A stretch of 64,000 bases of DNA from an uncultured Schlesneria sp. (GCA_963977965.1 CAXBSB010000006.1:415-64414), one strand, 5' to 3'. Positions 11,812 to 22,617 are shown, counted from the stretch's first letter. The notes: a model not told the origin generated them from the letters alone. Translations and numbers: made by a program.

Positions 11812-14012
11812 CCGATATCCTTCGTCAGTTCCTGTTGTGCTCGATGCAATTCTGCATAGGCACCATCCATTGCCAGCAGTTCATCGTGGGTGCCGATCTC
11901 CACGAGTCGACCTCGCTCGATCACCATGATCCGATTGGCCTGCCGCAAGGTACTTAATCGGTGGGCAATCGCAATCGTCGTGCGACCTCGAACCAGGTTC
12001 TGCAGCGCTTCTTGAATCTGCCGCTCGGTTGTCGAGTCCAAAGCAGACGTGGCTTCGTCGAGGATCAGGATACGTGGGTCAATCAGCAAGGCGCGAGCAA
12101 TACTGATGCGTTGCCGTTCCCCGCCTGACAGTGACTGCCCCCGTTCACCCACCAGCGAATCGTAGCCGTCAGCAAGCTGCAGGATGAATTCGTGTGCTCG
12201 AGCAGCCTTGGCAGCGTTAATGATTTCTTCCCGAGTGGCATCGGGACGACCATAGGCAATGTTCTCAGCAATCGTTCCGTAAAACAGAAACGGATCCTGA
12301 AGCACGATTCCCACATTGCGACGATACTGTTCCACCTTGTAACTGCGAATATCAATTCCGTCGGCGAGGATGGCCCCTTCGGCGACGTCGAAGAAGCGAC
12401 AGACCAGATTGATCAATGTGCTCTTTCCTGCACCTGTATGGCCCACCAAGCCAATCATTTCGCCCGCTTCAATTTTCAGCGAAAAGTCCTTGATCACCTT
12501 GCGATTGCCGTAGCGAAACCCAACGTGACGGAATTCAAGGGTCCCCTTTAACTTGTCGACCGATACTGGACGTGCTGGTTCTGGAACGTTGGAAACTCGA
12601 TCCAGGATCTCAAAAATCCTCTGAGCACTGGCTGCTGCTCGTTGTGAGGCATTCACGATCCGGCTCATCATTTCCAGCTTGCCGTAAAACATCCCGCTGA
12701 GAACGACGAAAGCCGTCAACGAACCGATCGTGAAATCCGGCGTTCGGCTGCCGATCAGCCAGACACCACAGACCCAGACGACGAAGACCCCAAGGCTGTT
12801 CAAGAACGTGATCAAGGGCCAGAAGAACGTCCAGAGAGAATTCACTCGATTATTGGCAAGCACGACGGTTTCGTTGGCCGCTCGGAATCGCTCAATCTCA
12901 CGCTGCTCCTGGGCAAACGCTTTGACGACGCGAATGCCTGGGATTGTATCCGCCAGTACGCTCGTCATATGACCCCAGGCTCTACTTCCTGCCTGAAAGC
13001 CCACCTGCAGTTTGTCGCGGGAATAGTACATCAACCAGACAATGAAGGGAAAAGGCAGCAGTGTCACCAGTGCCAATTGCAGATTCTTGCTGAAGAGCGA
13101 CCAGGCAACGACAAACAGAAGAATCAGATTTGCCATGAAATCAACGATGCTGTCAGACAGGAACTGACACAGACGATCAGAATCGCTGCCAATGCGCGAC
13201 ATCAGATCGCCCGTTCGTTTGCCTCCAAAATACTCAAGTGACAGTTTTTGCAGATGAGCGTACGTACGATCCCGCAGGTCAGCAGTGACACGTTCGCTGA
13301 CCCAAGCCAGAATCGCGCCCTGTGCCCAACTAAGTACCCATGAGACCGCCGCCGCAATCAACATGATCGCCAGGTAATAACCTGCTGGAGCCAGTGAGCT
13401 GACCGTTCCCGCTTCAAAATCCTTGAGCAGGTCGGTCAGCGGTTCCGTCATCTTCGCTGTTTCGACGGCAGCAATCGTCGCTGTTAATGTCAGCACGAAT
13501 GCGATGAACATCCAGAATGCGTGCGGTTGTGCAAACTGCCATAGCCGGAACAGCGCCATCGTATTCGGTGGTGGTTCGTGCTCTTCCGCCTCCGGGACAT
13601 CCTCGTCTTCGGACGTCACAGTGCTCGAACGCCCTGCCTTCAGATCTTCGAACCTGTCTCCCATCACCAGCGCCGCTGGTCCCTGAGCAATCGTATAGTG
13701 CCAGAATCCAAGACGGCGATCTGGTCCAAGCAGTTCGAGCGTTCCTAATCCCCCACGATCCTTCGTTCGTAGTTTATCGATCGTTTCGAGAGCCCAGCGT
13801 CGAGCAGAGTCCCCAGATGTGCTGAAGAAATGACGCTGGGTCAGGACCAGCAACGTTGTACGATAGCGACGTTGTTCATCAACGTCGGAGATCATCCACG
13901 CAATCACCGCCTCGCCAACCGCCAATTGGGCTTCGACAGTGGTCCGTAGCGATAGTTCTACCGTAGACCAGCTCTCTATGTGTGGCGCCGCAGTGTCAGT
14001 TGTCGGGTTCAA
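11805..14012 (-). CDS. ABC exporter (fused TMD-NBD) with ~150-aa N-terminal extension, DUF1854-associated type
   Basis: Walker A GHTGAGKST, signature LSGGERQ, Walker B ILILDEATSALD, AHRLST, six-TM region. Translationally coupled to DUF1854. Confidence 0.92.
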   Translation of the reverse strand: MNPTTDTAAPHIESWSTVELSLRTTVEAQLAVGEAVIAWMISDVDEQRRYRTTLLVLTQRHFFSTSGDSARRWALETIDKLRTKDRGGLGTLELLGPDRRLGFWHYTIAQGPAALVMGDRFEDLKAGRSSTVTSEDEDVPEAEEHEPPPNTMALFRLWQFAQPHAFWMFIAFVLTLTATIAAVETAKMTEPLTDLLKDFEAGTVSSLAPAGYYLAIMLIAAAVSWVLSWAQGAILAWVSERVTADLRDRTYAHLQKLSLEYFGGKRTGDLMSRIGSDSDRLCQFLSDSIVDFMANLILLFVVAWSLFSKNLQLALVTLLPFPFIVWLMYYSRDKLQVGFQAGSRAWGHMTSVLADTIPGIRVVKAFAQEQREIERFRAANETVVLANNRVNSLWTFFWPLITFLNSLGVFVVWVCGVWLIGSRTPDFTIGSLTAFVVLSGMFYGKLEMMSRIVNASQRAAASAQRIFEILDRVSNVPEPARPVSVDKLKGTLEFRHVGFRYGNRKVIKDFSLKIEAGEMIGLVGHTGAGKSTLINLVCRFFDVAEGAILADGIDIRSYKVEQYRRNVGIVLQDPFLFYGTIAENIAYGRPDATREEIINAAKAARAHEFILQLADGYDSLVGERGQSLSGGERQRISIARALLIDPRILILDEATSALDSTTERQIQEALQNLVRGRTTIAIAHRLSTLRQANRIMVIERGRLVEIGTHDELLAMDGAYAELHRAQQELTKDIGW

Positions 14013-14140
14013 AACGCCAACCTGTTAAAGGGAAATGGGCAGCTCAAGAATACTTGACACAGCGTACCGGACGGTTACAGGAAGAGTAAGTGATGATTCC
14101 GAAGGGGCGACCGAGATGTGCCTTTTACGACTGGCGAAAC

Positions 14141-14167
14141 AAAAAAAGGCCCCGCAAAAGCGGGGCC
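14141..14167 (-). terminator. Intrinsic terminator of the ribosomal cluster after rplQ
   Basis: Minus strand reads AGGCCCCGC-TTTT-GCGGGGCCT followed by a T run. Confidence 0.88.
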
Positions 14168-14187
14168 TCGCATGTTTCAACAGGTCA

Positions 14188-14748
14188 TCACGTCACAGCC
14201 AGCGGAGCTCGCTTCGTCCGGCTGCGATCACGATCACCGACGAATTCGATGATCGCCAGTTGTCCACCGTCACCGAGACGAACCTTGGAAGTGCGAACAA
14301 TACGGGTGTAACCACCTGCACGTTCACGGAACTTTGGTCCCAATTCGCTGAACAGGATATCCACAGCCGCTTTTGAACGAAGGGCCGCGAAGGCTCGTCG
14401 TCGCAAGGCTATTGCTGGACTGATTGCGCGATTCCACTTCTGCCATTGGTCTGACTTCCGCCAGTCACGCCATTCCTGTGTATTACGGGCGGCTGTTGTG
14501 GCGAATTCGGCAGCCGCTTCGGCGTGAGCCAATGACCGCTTCGCGAGCGTCACCAGTTTCTCGACGATCGGACGCAGTTCCTTCGCTTTCTGCACCGTTG
14601 TTTCGATTCTGCCCGAAACTCGACCAGCGGGAACTTCGTTACCGGCCGGAACCACTGTTGTGATCAGGCTGGTGGCCATATTCCTGAACATGGCACGTCG
14701 ATGTGCCGCATTCCGTCCGAGTTGTCGACCCCGTCGCTTATGTCTCAT
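14188..14748 (-). CDS. rplQ: 50S ribosomal protein L17 with internal insertions
   Basis: MRHKRRGRQLGRNAAHRRAMFRNMA, RIETT..KAKELR, GGYTRI.K...RLGD. Confidence 0.96.
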   Translation of the reverse strand: MRHKRRGRQLGRNAAHRRAMFRNMATSLITTVVPAGNEVPAGRVSGRIETTVQKAKELRPIVEKLVTLAKRSLAHAEAAAEFATTAARNTQEWRDWRKSDQWQKWNRAISPAIALRRRAFAALRSKAAVDILFSELGPKFRERAGGYTRIVRTSKVRLGDGGQLAIIEFVGDRDRSRTKRAPLAVT

Positions 14749-14797
14749 CGCCAATACTCACTAACCGAAATTTCAACGGACCGTACGTCAAACGTAA

Positions 14798-15817
14798 TTA
14801 TCGCGCATCGCGCTGCAGGTACTGTGGCAACCGCATTCCCAATCGGAGACCGATCGCTGCGAGACGCTCACGAACTTCCTGCAATGTTGTTTCACCGAAG
14901 TTACGAACCTGAAGCAACTGATCTTCTGTTCGCAGAACCAGATCGCGAACCGAATTGATTCCCTCAGATTCCAGGCAGTTCGTTGCTCGAACTGACAAAT
15001 TCAATTCAGCCAGGCTCTGGCCGAGCTTTTCTTCGAGCTCAAGATCGACCGGCGCGTAACCCGTCGCGTCGAGCATGTTTCGCAAGCCACCGTCTGGCGA
15101 CGTCACCGGACCAGCTTCGCGGTAGGTGATGATCGGATTGAGATGCTTGCGGAGGATCTTGGCAGATTCGACCAATGCATTTTCGGGTGTAATCGTTCCG
15201 TTAGTCCAGATCTCCAGGATCAATCGGTCATAGTTTGTGCGCTGACCAACGCGTGTTTCTTCGATCTTGTACCGGACTCGCAAGACTGGCGAATAGATCG
15301 CGTCCAGCGGGATCACGCCAAGCTCGGGTTCCTGATCGTACTGTTCGGAAGCTGGCACATAACCGCGACCGTTTTCGATCTGCATCTCAAGTTGCAGAGA
15401 AACGTCGTCGGTCATCGTGGCAATCACGAGGTCCTTGTTCACGATTTCGATCTGCTCATCACAGACGATATCGCCACCGGTAACAACGCCACGCTCGTTC
15501 TTTTCAATTCGCACGGTTCGCGAGGTCGCACTGCGATTCTTAACGACGAGCGACTTCACGTTCAGGCAAATTTCGGTAACGTCTTCGACGATACCTGGTA
15601 GAGCGGTGAACTCGTGCTGCACTCCTTGAATGCGAACGCGTGTGACCGCGCTCCCTTCGAGGCTGGACAACAGAATTCGACGCAAAGAGTTACCAACTGT
15701 TGCACCGAATCCACGTTCAAATGGCTCGATGGTGAACTTACCATAGGTGTCGTTCGAAACTTCCAAATCTGGCACAACCCGATTCGGTAATTCCAAACCG
15801 CGCCAACGAATCCTCAT
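14798..15817 (-). CDS. rpoA: RNA polymerase alpha subunit
   Basis: Start [11 protein letters not shown] at 15817. [34 protein letters not shown], alpha-[23 protein letters not shown]. Confidence 0.98.
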   Translation of the reverse strand: MRIRWRGLELPNRVVPDLEVSNDTYGKFTIEPFERGFGATVGNSLRRILLSSLEGSAVTRVRIQGVQHEFTALPGIVEDVTEICLNVKSLVVKNRSATSRTVRIEKNERGVVTGGDIVCDEQIEIVNKDLVIATMTDDVSLQLEMQIENGRGYVPASEQYDQEPELGVIPLDAIYSPVLRVRYKIEETRVGQRTNYDRLILEIWTNGTITPENALVESAKILRKHLNPIITYREAGPVTSPDGGLRNMLDATGYAPVDLELEEKLGQSLAELNLSVRATNCLESEGINSVRDLVLRTEDQLLQVRNFGETTLQEVRERLAAIGLRLGMRLPQYLQRDAR

Positions 15818-15881
15818 CTGTCTTCCCCCAAACCCGACATAACAGGCCATGAACACGAAACGGTTGTCGCAGACTTGTCTC

Positions 15882-16262
15882 TCAGACGCGTCGCTTCTTG
15901 CGAGGGCGACAACCATTGTGGGGCAGCGGCGTAACGTCTTCGATACCGCGCACCTGGACTCCATACGACTGCAATCCGGTGATCGCGCTCTCACGGCCCG
16001 ATCCTGGACCCTTGACGCGAACTTCCAATTCCCGGACGCCGAACTTTGCAGCGCGTTCCGAGCACGTTTCCGAAGCTCGCTGTGCAGCGAACGGAGTGCT
16101 CTTACGGCTACCCTTGAAGCCAACCGTGCCAGCCGTGGCCCAACACAGAACGTCGCCGTTGGTGTCGGTAATCGTGACCGTGGTATTGTTGAAGGTCGCC
16201 TTGATGTGGGCGATACCTCGTGTCACGTTCCTGCGAATTCGCTTCTTCTTGCCTTGTGCCAT
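15882..16262 (-). CDS. rpsK: 30S ribosomal protein S11
   Basis: [45 protein letters not shown]. Confidence 0.99.
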   Translation of the reverse strand: MAQGKKKRIRRNVTRGIAHIKATFNNTTVTITDTNGDVLCWATAGTVGFKGSRKSTPFAAQRASETCSERAAKFGVRELEVRVKGPGSGRESAITGLQSYGVQVRGIEDVTPLPHNGCRPRKKRRV

Positions 16263-16305
16263 TTTTTGCTTTTCCCAACACCTCTAAAAGAGATTTATCC
16301 CAGCA

Positions 16306-16692
16306 TCAGTGCTTCATGTCCTTAACGCCCTTCTTGCCGGCCACAGTCTTCTTTACACCCTTGCGAGTGCGTGCGTTTGTTCGGGTACGCTGACCTCGAA
16401 CCGGCAATCCACGACGATGTCGCAGACCTCGATAACACTGAATATCTTTCAATCGCATGACGTTCTGCTGAACCTGGCGACGCAACTGTCCTTCGACGGT
16501 ATAGTCCTTGTCCAGCAGCGCAGAAATCCGAGCCAGCGAATCTTCGCTCAGCTCGCGAGCCTTGCGTTGAGGGTCAACGCCGACAGAGTAGCAAACCTCA
16601 AACGCCAGATGCGAACCGACGCCGTACAGGTACTGCAACGCAATGTACGTCGGCTTGTCATTCGGGATATCAACCCCCTGAATACGTGGCAT
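16306..16692 (-). CDS. rpsM: 30S ribosomal protein S13
   Basis: MPRIQGVDIP, YRGLRHRRGLPVRGQRTRTNARTRKG. Confidence 0.99.
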   Translation of the reverse strand: MPRIQGVDIPNDKPTYIALQYLYGVGSHLAFEVCYSVGVDPQRKARELSEDSLARISALLDKDYTVEGQLRRQVQQNVMRLKDIQCYRGLRHRRGLPVRGQRTRTNARTRKGVKKTVAGKKGVKDMKH

Positions 16693-16828
16693 CTTCTCTA
16701 CCGTCCCCTCTGAAACTTATCTATCGATCACACTCTCAGCCAGGCACTGGAGTGTTCCTGCTTGAAAATAACATCACAACTCCGGCGCAACGTCATTTTC
16801 GACCTTACGCCATTGTTGCGGGGTAAAC

Positions 16829-16945
16829 TCAGCCCTGACGCTGCTTGTGGCGAGCGTCGAGTGCGCAGATCACATACACTCTACCCTTCCTGCGAACGAT
16901 TTTACAACCGTCGCAGATCCGCTTCACGCTTGACCTGACTTTCAC
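16829..16945 (-). CDS. rpmJ: 50S ribosomal protein L36 (Zn-binding form)
   Basis: GTG start at 16945: [38 protein letters not shown]. Confidence 0.97.
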   Translation of the reverse strand: MKVRSSVKRICDGCKIVRRKGRVYVICALDARHKQRQG

Positions 16946-16977
16946 GACCGCACTCCCCAAAAATTCATCTGCAAAAT

Positions 16978-18351
16978 CTACTTCGAATCGCGATCCAGCA
17001 ATGTTGGCAACCCACGCATCACCAACTGGCTGTCCAGTTTGGTCACCAGGTCGATCACAACCGAAACGCAAATCAACAATCCCGTGCCGCCGAAGAAGCT
17101 GGCAACGAGATAATCCACACTCATCGAATTCACAACAACGGTCGGAATAATCGCGACCAGCGACAGGAACGCAGCCCCGACAAACGTCATTCGCAACATG
17201 ACTTTTTCGAGATATTGTGCGGTCCTTGCACCGGGTCGGTAACCAGGCACAAAGCTGCCGTAGTCCTTCAGATTATTCGCCATCTCGGTCGGATTAAAGG
17301 TCACTGCAGTCCAAAAGAAGCAAAAGAAGTAAATCAGCCCGACATAACAGGTGTTGTAGAAAACTCCGCCAGAATTCTGGAACGCGATATTCGCTGCAAC
17401 CACGATAGTCCCGAGAACCGGCACCGTCCCGGCCACCTGAGCCAGGTACTGGAAAATCATCTGTGGGAACATCAACAAGCTGGATGCGAAAATAATCGGC
17501 ATCACGCCAGACTGATTGATCTTGATTGGCAGTGACTGCACCTGGCCACCCACCATTCGGGCACCACGGACGTGCTTGGCACTGTGAACCGGAATTCGTC
17601 GTTGCGCCTGCGTAATCATCACCACGCAAACCACAACCACGAGGAACAGAATCACCAAAGTCGCATAACGCTCAATACCAGTGTCACTGCCGAGGGCCAT
17701 CCCCTTTTCCAGCACCGGCCAGATCAACTTTTTGACGGCTTCGGGCATGCGAGCCAGAATCCCTGCCATGATCAGCAGGCTGACACCGTTGCCGATGCCG
17801 AATTCGTCGATCTGTTCCCCAATCCACATCAGGAAGATACTTCCGGTCGTCATCGTAATCGCCGCCCCAATCTGCCAGAGAATTCCGTCGAACTCGGGCA
17901 GGAAGGTACGTGAACCGCCGATGCCGCCGGCGGCCAGCATTCGCACCCAGAAGAAACTCTGGAAAATGCAAATGACCACCGTCGCATAGCGGGTGTATTC
18001 GTTTATTTTTCTGCGGCCACTTTCACCTTCCTTCTGCATTGCTTCGAGCGGCGGGTAAACCGTCCCGAGCAGTTGGAAGATGATCGATGCAGAAATGTAT
18101 GGCATGATTCCCAAGCCGAAGATCGTCATCATGCCGATGTTGGATGCTGAGAACAGGGACAGCATGGCAACCATGCGATCCATGCCTTCACCGCTTCCCT
18201 GACTGTTGATGCTCTCCGCGAGGATTGCCTGATCAACGTTCGGAAGAACCACGGAGAACCCCAGGCGATAGACGCCCAGCAGCAGCAACGTCAAGCCGAT
18301 CTTGGCGCGTACTTCAGGAATGCGCAATAGCTGCAGAAATGACGCGTACAC
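16978..18351 (-). CDS. secY: Preprotein translocase subunit SecY
   Basis: [71 protein letters not shown]. Confidence 0.99.
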   Translation of the reverse strand: MYASFLQLLRIPEVRAKIGLTLLLLGVYRLGFSVVLPNVDQAILAESINSQGSGEGMDRMVAMLSLFSASNIGMMTIFGLGIMPYISASIIFQLLGTVYPPLEAMQKEGESGRRKINEYTRYATVVICIFQSFFWVRMLAAGGIGGSRTFLPEFDGILWQIGAAITMTTGSIFLMWIGEQIDEFGIGNGVSLLIMAGILARMPEAVKKLIWPVLEKGMALGSDTGIERYATLVILFLVVVVCVVMITQAQRRIPVHSAKHVRGARMVGGQVQSLPIKINQSGVMPIIFASSLLMFPQMIFQYLAQVAGTVPVLGTIVVAANIAFQNSGGVFYNTCYVGLIYFFCFFWTAVTFNPTEMANNLKDYGSFVPGYRPGARTAQYLEKVMLRMTFVGAAFLSLVAIIPTVVVNSMSVDYLVASFFGGTGLLICVSVVIDLVTKLDSQLVMRGLPTLLDRDSK

Positions 18352-18395
18352 GCTTCACCCAGTATTTGACGGTTCTTGGCGGCCTCGGATTGAGC

Positions 18396-18860
18396 TTATT
18401 CGTTACGGCCTTGTGTGACCACCTTGCCACCAGCCAGCTCAACAGACTTTCTGGCTCCGACAGTTGCTCCGCCGACCACAACAACCAATGACTTCGTCAA
18501 TGGAGTTGCACCGATCAGTTTCACAGCCGCAGTGCCAGACTTTCGTCGTGGCAATACCCCGCGACTTCGCAGCTCCGCTGCCGTCACGGTTTCGCCCGCA
18601 TTGAACGTCTTTTCCAAGTCTGCGACATCGCAAACTTCCCACTCGGTCGCAAAAGCGCGGTTGTTAAAACCACGCTTGGCGATACGGCGAACCAAAGGCA
18701 TCTGACCACCCTCAAAGGTGATCCGATTCTTATGACCAGACCGGCTGCCAGCACCCTTGTGCCCGCGGCCCGAAGTCTTACCATGTCCAGAACCGATACC
18801 GCGGCCGACTCGCTTACGAGCGCGTGCCTTGGGACCCGAGTTCAACTGGTGAATCATCAT
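18396..18860 (-). CDS. rplO: 50S ribosomal protein L15
   Basis: RKRVGRGIGSGHGKTSGRGHKG, FEGGQMPLVRRIAKRGF. The start overlaps the rpsE stop. Confidence 0.97.
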   Translation of the reverse strand: MMIHQLNSGPKARARKRVGRGIGSGHGKTSGRGHKGAGSRSGHKNRITFEGGQMPLVRRIAKRGFNNRAFATEWEVCDVADLEKTFNAGETVTAAELRSRGVLPRRKSGTAAVKLIGATPLTKSLVVVVGGATVGARKSVELAGGKVVTQGRNE

Positions 18861-19342
18861 CGCTCGACACCTCCGCGAAGCCGCGCTACGTCGGCACGAT
18901 GCCGCAGTTGACGAATCGCATCGAATGCGGCTTTCACCACATTCAACGGATTGCTCGATCCGCGACATTTTGTAAGCACATCTTTCATACCGGCAGCTTC
19001 AGCGATCGATCGAACCGCGGCCCCGGCGATAATACCTGTACCAGCATTGGCTGGCATCAACATCACTGATGACGACCCGAACTTTCCGATCACCGAATGA
19101 GGGACCGTTCCGTTCTCTGTCGGTACGTCAAACATGCGGCGGCCGGCGGCTTTCACAGCCTTTTCCACAGCCTGGGGGACTTCGACGCCCTTCCCATAGC
19201 CATAGCCAACTTTGCCTCGACCGTCGCCAACGACGACCAGCGCCGTAAAGCTGAATCGGCGTCCGCCTTTAACGACGCAGGCGCATCGACGAATCTGTAC
19301 GACTCGTTCAGGATATTCTTTGTTGTTTTGCTCTGCCGACAC
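18857..19342 (-). CDS. rpsE: 30S ribosomal protein S5
   Basis: VVKGGRRFSFTALVVVGDG.GKVGYGYGK..EVP.A, GTGIIAG. Confidence 0.98.
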   Translation of the reverse strand: MSAEQNNKEYPERVVQIRRCACVVKGGRRFSFTALVVVGDGRGKVGYGYGKGVEVPQAVEKAVKAAGRRMFDVPTENGTVPHSVIGKFGSSSVMLMPANAGTGIIAGAAVRSIAEAAGMKDVLTKCRGSSNPLNVVKAAFDAIRQLRHRADVARLRGGVER

Positions 19343-19403
19343 CGGTCCAACCCCTCAATTATGAATGATCTCTACCACTCGCTACGCGTGTGTGAAGACT
19401 CCG

Positions 19404-19766
19404 TCAGAGATCCAACCCCGCGCCTCTGGCTCCATCAGCGAATGCCTTCACTCGGCCGTGGTAGCGATAAGGTCCTCGATCCAGGCAGGCTGCATTGACT
19501 CCCGCAGCCAACAAGCGTTCAGCAATCAACCGACCGACTTCGTTGGCAGCCTTCACTCCGGTGACCGGTTTGCCAGCTTCGCCGTTGAGTTCGCCAGACC
19601 AAGCCGACGCCACCGTCTTGCCCGCTGTGTCATCAATCGCCTGAACGCGAAAATACAAATTGCTGCGGAACACCGACAGCCGAATGCGCCCCGATCCCTT
19701 CAGTTTGTTGCGAACTCGAAACGTTCGCCGCCGCTGCTGATTCGCCAGACGCTTAACTTTGTTCAT
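19404..19766 (-). CDS. rplR: 50S ribosomal protein L18
   Basis: RLSVFRSN, DRGPYRYHGRVKAFADGAR..GL. Expected position in the spc operon. Confidence 0.96.
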   Translation of the reverse strand: MNKVKRLANQQRRRTFRVRNKLKGSGRIRLSVFRSNLYFRVQAIDDTAGKTVASAWSGELNGEAGKPVTGVKAANEVGRLIAERLLAAGVNAACLDRGPYRYHGRVKAFADGARGAGLDL

Positions 19767-19876
19767 TTCCGAGATCCCAAATCCACACGGTCAATCCGTG
19801 CTCTACTTGCCCAACATTCTTTTGCCAAATATTCCCATGCGGAGCAGTAACATCACTCCGCGATCAACAATTCAGA

Positions 19877-20422
19877 TTAGCTACCAAACGCCTTACCCTG
19901 CTTGCGCTTGACGTGTTCGCCAGCATACCGAATCCCTTTGCCTTTGTAAGGCTCAGGCGGCCGAATACTTCGAACATTTGCTGCGACCTGGCCGACTGCC
20001 TGACGATCAGCCGATTTGAGCGTGACATGGGTGTTATCTGGCAGTTCGCACGTGACTCCCTTGGGAATCTCGACGATGACCGGGTTTGCGAACCCAACGT
20101 TCAGGGTCAGCTTTCCAGGGGCCAACGACGCCTGATAACCAACGCCGACGATTTCCAGCTTCTTTTCCCAAGGCTGAACGACGCCACGAACGTGGTTCGC
20201 AATCAACGCCCGAACGAGGCCGTGCAAGGCCCGCAATTCGCGGCGATCGTCTGCTCGGCTGACGGCAATTTCCCGTTTCGCATTATCGTAAGCGACGCTG
20301 ATCCCTTCAGGGACACGCACTGACAATTGCCCATGCGTCCCCTTGACGTGCACTTCGTCCGACTGTGTCTTGACGTCGACGCCACTCGCGACCGTAATGA
20401 CTGCTGAACCCACTCGCGACAT
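19877..20422 (-). CDS. rplF: 50S ribosomal protein L6
   Basis: ALHGL.RALIAN, KLEIVGVGYQA, IRPPEPYKGKGIRY. Confidence 0.97.
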   Translation of the reverse strand: MSRVGSAVITVASGVDVKTQSDEVHVKGTHGQLSVRVPEGISVAYDNAKREIAVSRADDRRELRALHGLVRALIANHVRGVVQPWEKKLEIVGVGYQASLAPGKLTLNVGFANPVIVEIPKGVTCELPDNTHVTLKSADRQAVGQVAANVRSIRPPEPYKGKGIRYAGEHVKRKQGKAFGS

Positions 20423-20483
20423 TATTCACCTGACCAAGTCTGCACAACGAACCGGAATTCCCCTCGCGTCGTCAATGGCACGA

Positions 20484-20885
20484 TTACCAGACAACACAAA
20501 GGACCTCACCGCCGACATTTGCCTTCTTTGCTTCGCCACCACCGAGGACCCCACGATTCGTGGACAGCAGGCAAATGCCGAGTCCTTGCAGAACGTTCGG
20601 GATATCGCTGACGGAGCTGTACACGCGGCGTCCTGGGCGGCTGACACACGAGATCTGCTGAATCACGCGTTCGCCGGTGGGGCCATATTTCAAATTGATT
20701 CGCAGTCGTCGCTTCGACTCATCGCCTTCAGCAGCCACGACTTCGAAATCCCAGATGTAACCATGCCGCTGCAACGCGTCGGCAATAGCGACTCGCAGCT
20801 TCGAGGTTGGGAACTCAACCACTGCTCGCTCAGCAGCGACTGCATTCCGAATACACGTCAACATATCCGCTACGGGATCCGACAT
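20484..20885 (-). CDS. rpsH: 30S ribosomal protein S8
   Basis: MSDPVADMLT.IRNA, SRPGRRVY, GLGI.LLST.RGV, VGGEVLC.VW. Confidence 0.97.
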   Translation of the reverse strand: MSDPVADMLTCIRNAVAAERAVVEFPTSKLRVAIADALQRHGYIWDFEVVAAEGDESKRRLRINLKYGPTGERVIQQISCVSRPGRRVYSSVSDIPNVLQGLGICLLSTNRGVLGGGEAKKANVGGEVLCVVW

Positions 20886-20924
20886 ACTGTTTTCCCTGTC
20901 CAATTCGTCCGACGCTGAATCCGA

Positions 20925-21110
20925 CTACCAACTTGCCTTACGCACACCTGGAATCAAGCCATCGAGGCTCATGTTACGCAAACAAATACGACACAGCTTG
21001 AACCGACGATACACGCTTCGTGGTCGTCCGCACAATTGACATCGATGTTCGATCCGTGAACTGAACTTCGGCTTCTTGGCCGCCTTCACGATATGTGCTG
21101 TAGTCGCCAA
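20925..21110 (-). CDS. rpsN: 30S ribosomal protein S14, type Z (Zn ribbon)
   Basis: 61 aa, RCQLCGRPR...[16 protein letters not shown]. Confidence 0.97.
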   Translation of the reverse strand: MATTAHIVKAAKKPKFSSRIEHRCQLCGRPRSVYRRFKLCRICLRNMSLDGLIPGVRKASW

Positions 21111-21184
21111 TGCAGTGCTCCCAATTCCTGTTTTGTCTGCCTGTTGCTTGTATTGTCAGGACCAATTGGTCCGATGTGTTTTCA

Positions 21185-21727
21185 CTAGTCTTTCTTGAAC
21201 GGGAAGCCGAGTTCGACGAGCAACTGGCGACCTTCGTCATCGTTCTTCGCCGTGGTCACGACGGCAATGTTCATCCCCTGGACAAATGAAACCTTGTCTG
21301 GATTCAGCTCAGGAAACACCATCTGCTCGTTCAGCCCCATGCTGAAGTTGCCCCGACCATCGAAGCCCTTACCGTCCACACCGCGGAAGTCGCGGACGCG
21401 TGGCAGAACCAGGTGAATCAATCGTTCGATGAATTCGTACATCCGGCGTGAACGAAGAGTCACCGCACAGCCAATTTCCATTCCTTCACGCAGGCGGAAT
21501 CCCGAGATCGCGCGGCGGGCTCGCGTGATGCGTGCCTTCTGGCCTGCGATCAAGCCGAGTTGCTCAACGGCTTCTTCGAGACGTTTACGCTCACCAACGG
21601 ACTTGCCGAGACCCATGCTGATCACGACTTTTTCCAGCTTCGGGACCGCATGAATGTTGCGGCCACCGAGCTTTTCACTCAGCCGTGGAAGAATCTCTGT
21701 GCGGTATTTTGTCTGCAGCGAACTCAT
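21185..21727 (-). CDS. rplE: 50S ribosomal protein L5
   Basis: VPKLEKVVISMG, FRLREGM.IGC.VTLR, LPRVRDFRG, FDGRGN. Confidence 0.98.
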   Translation of the reverse strand: MSSLQTKYRTEILPRLSEKLGGRNIHAVPKLEKVVISMGLGKSVGERKRLEEAVEQLGLIAGQKARITRARRAISGFRLREGMEIGCAVTLRSRRMYEFIERLIHLVLPRVRDFRGVDGKGFDGRGNFSMGLNEQMVFPELNPDKVSFVQGMNIAVVTTAKNDDEGRQLLVELGFPFKKD

Positions 21728-21807
21728 TTGGGACCAGCCTCATCCGATCTTGTCTTCAACACCTGGTTGTTTTGACAACCCGGTCAATTTATTCCAGCGA
21801 TTTTCAA

Positions 21808-22137
21808 TTACTTCCCAGCGGGCTTCAGTGCCGCGCCACACTTCCGACAGGCGCGGAACTTTTTTCCTTCCGCGTCAACGCGGCTGCCGACGCGAACACC
21901 CTTGTCACATTTCGGGCAGTAAACCAGCACGTTACTGGCGTCGATTGGCATTTCGACCGACAGACGACCACCCTGAGGACTCTTGGGATGCCCCTTCTTC
22001 ACGTGGCGGTAGACTCGGTTCACGTTCTCAACGACGACCTTCACTCCACCGTCTTCCAGGCGGAGCACTTTGCGAGCTACTTTGCCACTGTCGTCGCCAG
22101 TACAGACGACAACCATATCACCCTTCAGAATTCTCAT
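21808..22137 (-). CDS. rplX: 50S ribosomal protein L24 (CxxC...CxxC form)
   Basis: MRILKGDMVVV..GDD.GK, E.PIDASNV, CPKC...CRKC. Confidence 0.96.
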   Translation of the reverse strand: MRILKGDMVVVCTGDDSGKVARKVLRLEDGGVKVVVENVNRVYRHVKKGHPKSPQGGRLSVEMPIDASNVLVYCPKCDKGVRVGSRVDAEGKKFRACRKCGAALKPAGK

Positions 22138-22202
22138 CACTCGCCTCTTCGCAGCCAACGACCACAACTTGAATTCGCCGCACTCACGTGGTTGTAAACC
22201 AA

Positions 22203-22571
22203 TCAAACAACTTCCGGAGCCAGGCTGACAATCTTCATGAAGCGGCGTTCCCGCAGTTCACGAGCGACAGCGCCGAAAATACGGCTTCCCTTTGGATTAT
22301 TTTCATCATCGACGATCACAACAGCGTTGGAATCGAACCGGACAGTGCTTCCATCCGCTCGCCCTGCTGGCTGTTTGACTCGAACGATCACAGCCTTCAC
22401 CACAGCCTTGCGCTTGATCACGCCAGTCGTGGTTGCCTTCTGGACTGCAACGACAACGACATCACCTAAGCCGGCTGTTCGTCGACCTGAACTTCCCAGC
22501 ACCTTGATGCATCGCGCACTCTTGGCACCGGAGTTGTCAGCAACGTCAACGATTGTCTGCATTTGTATCAT
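22203..22571 (-). CDS. rplN: 50S ribosomal protein L14
   Basis: MIQMQT...[36 protein letters not shown]. Confidence 0.99.
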   Translation of the reverse strand: MIQMQTIVDVADNSGAKSARCIKVLGSSGRRTAGLGDVVVVAVQKATTTGVIKRKAVVKAVIVRVKQPAGRADGSTVRFDSNAVVIVDDENNPKGSRIFGAVARELRERRFMKIVSLAPEVV

Positions 22572-22617
22572 AAATCACACTCAACATCCACAAGCACGTG
22601 TCAAACTGATGCCCAGA

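Noticed and set aside
15818-16123. 102-codon N-terminal extension of rpoA in the ORF track
   Set aside because: It overlaps rpsK. The conserved MRIRWRG start is at 15817. Similar over-extensions were trimmed for rplO, rplX, rplP, rplD and the Fe-ADH.
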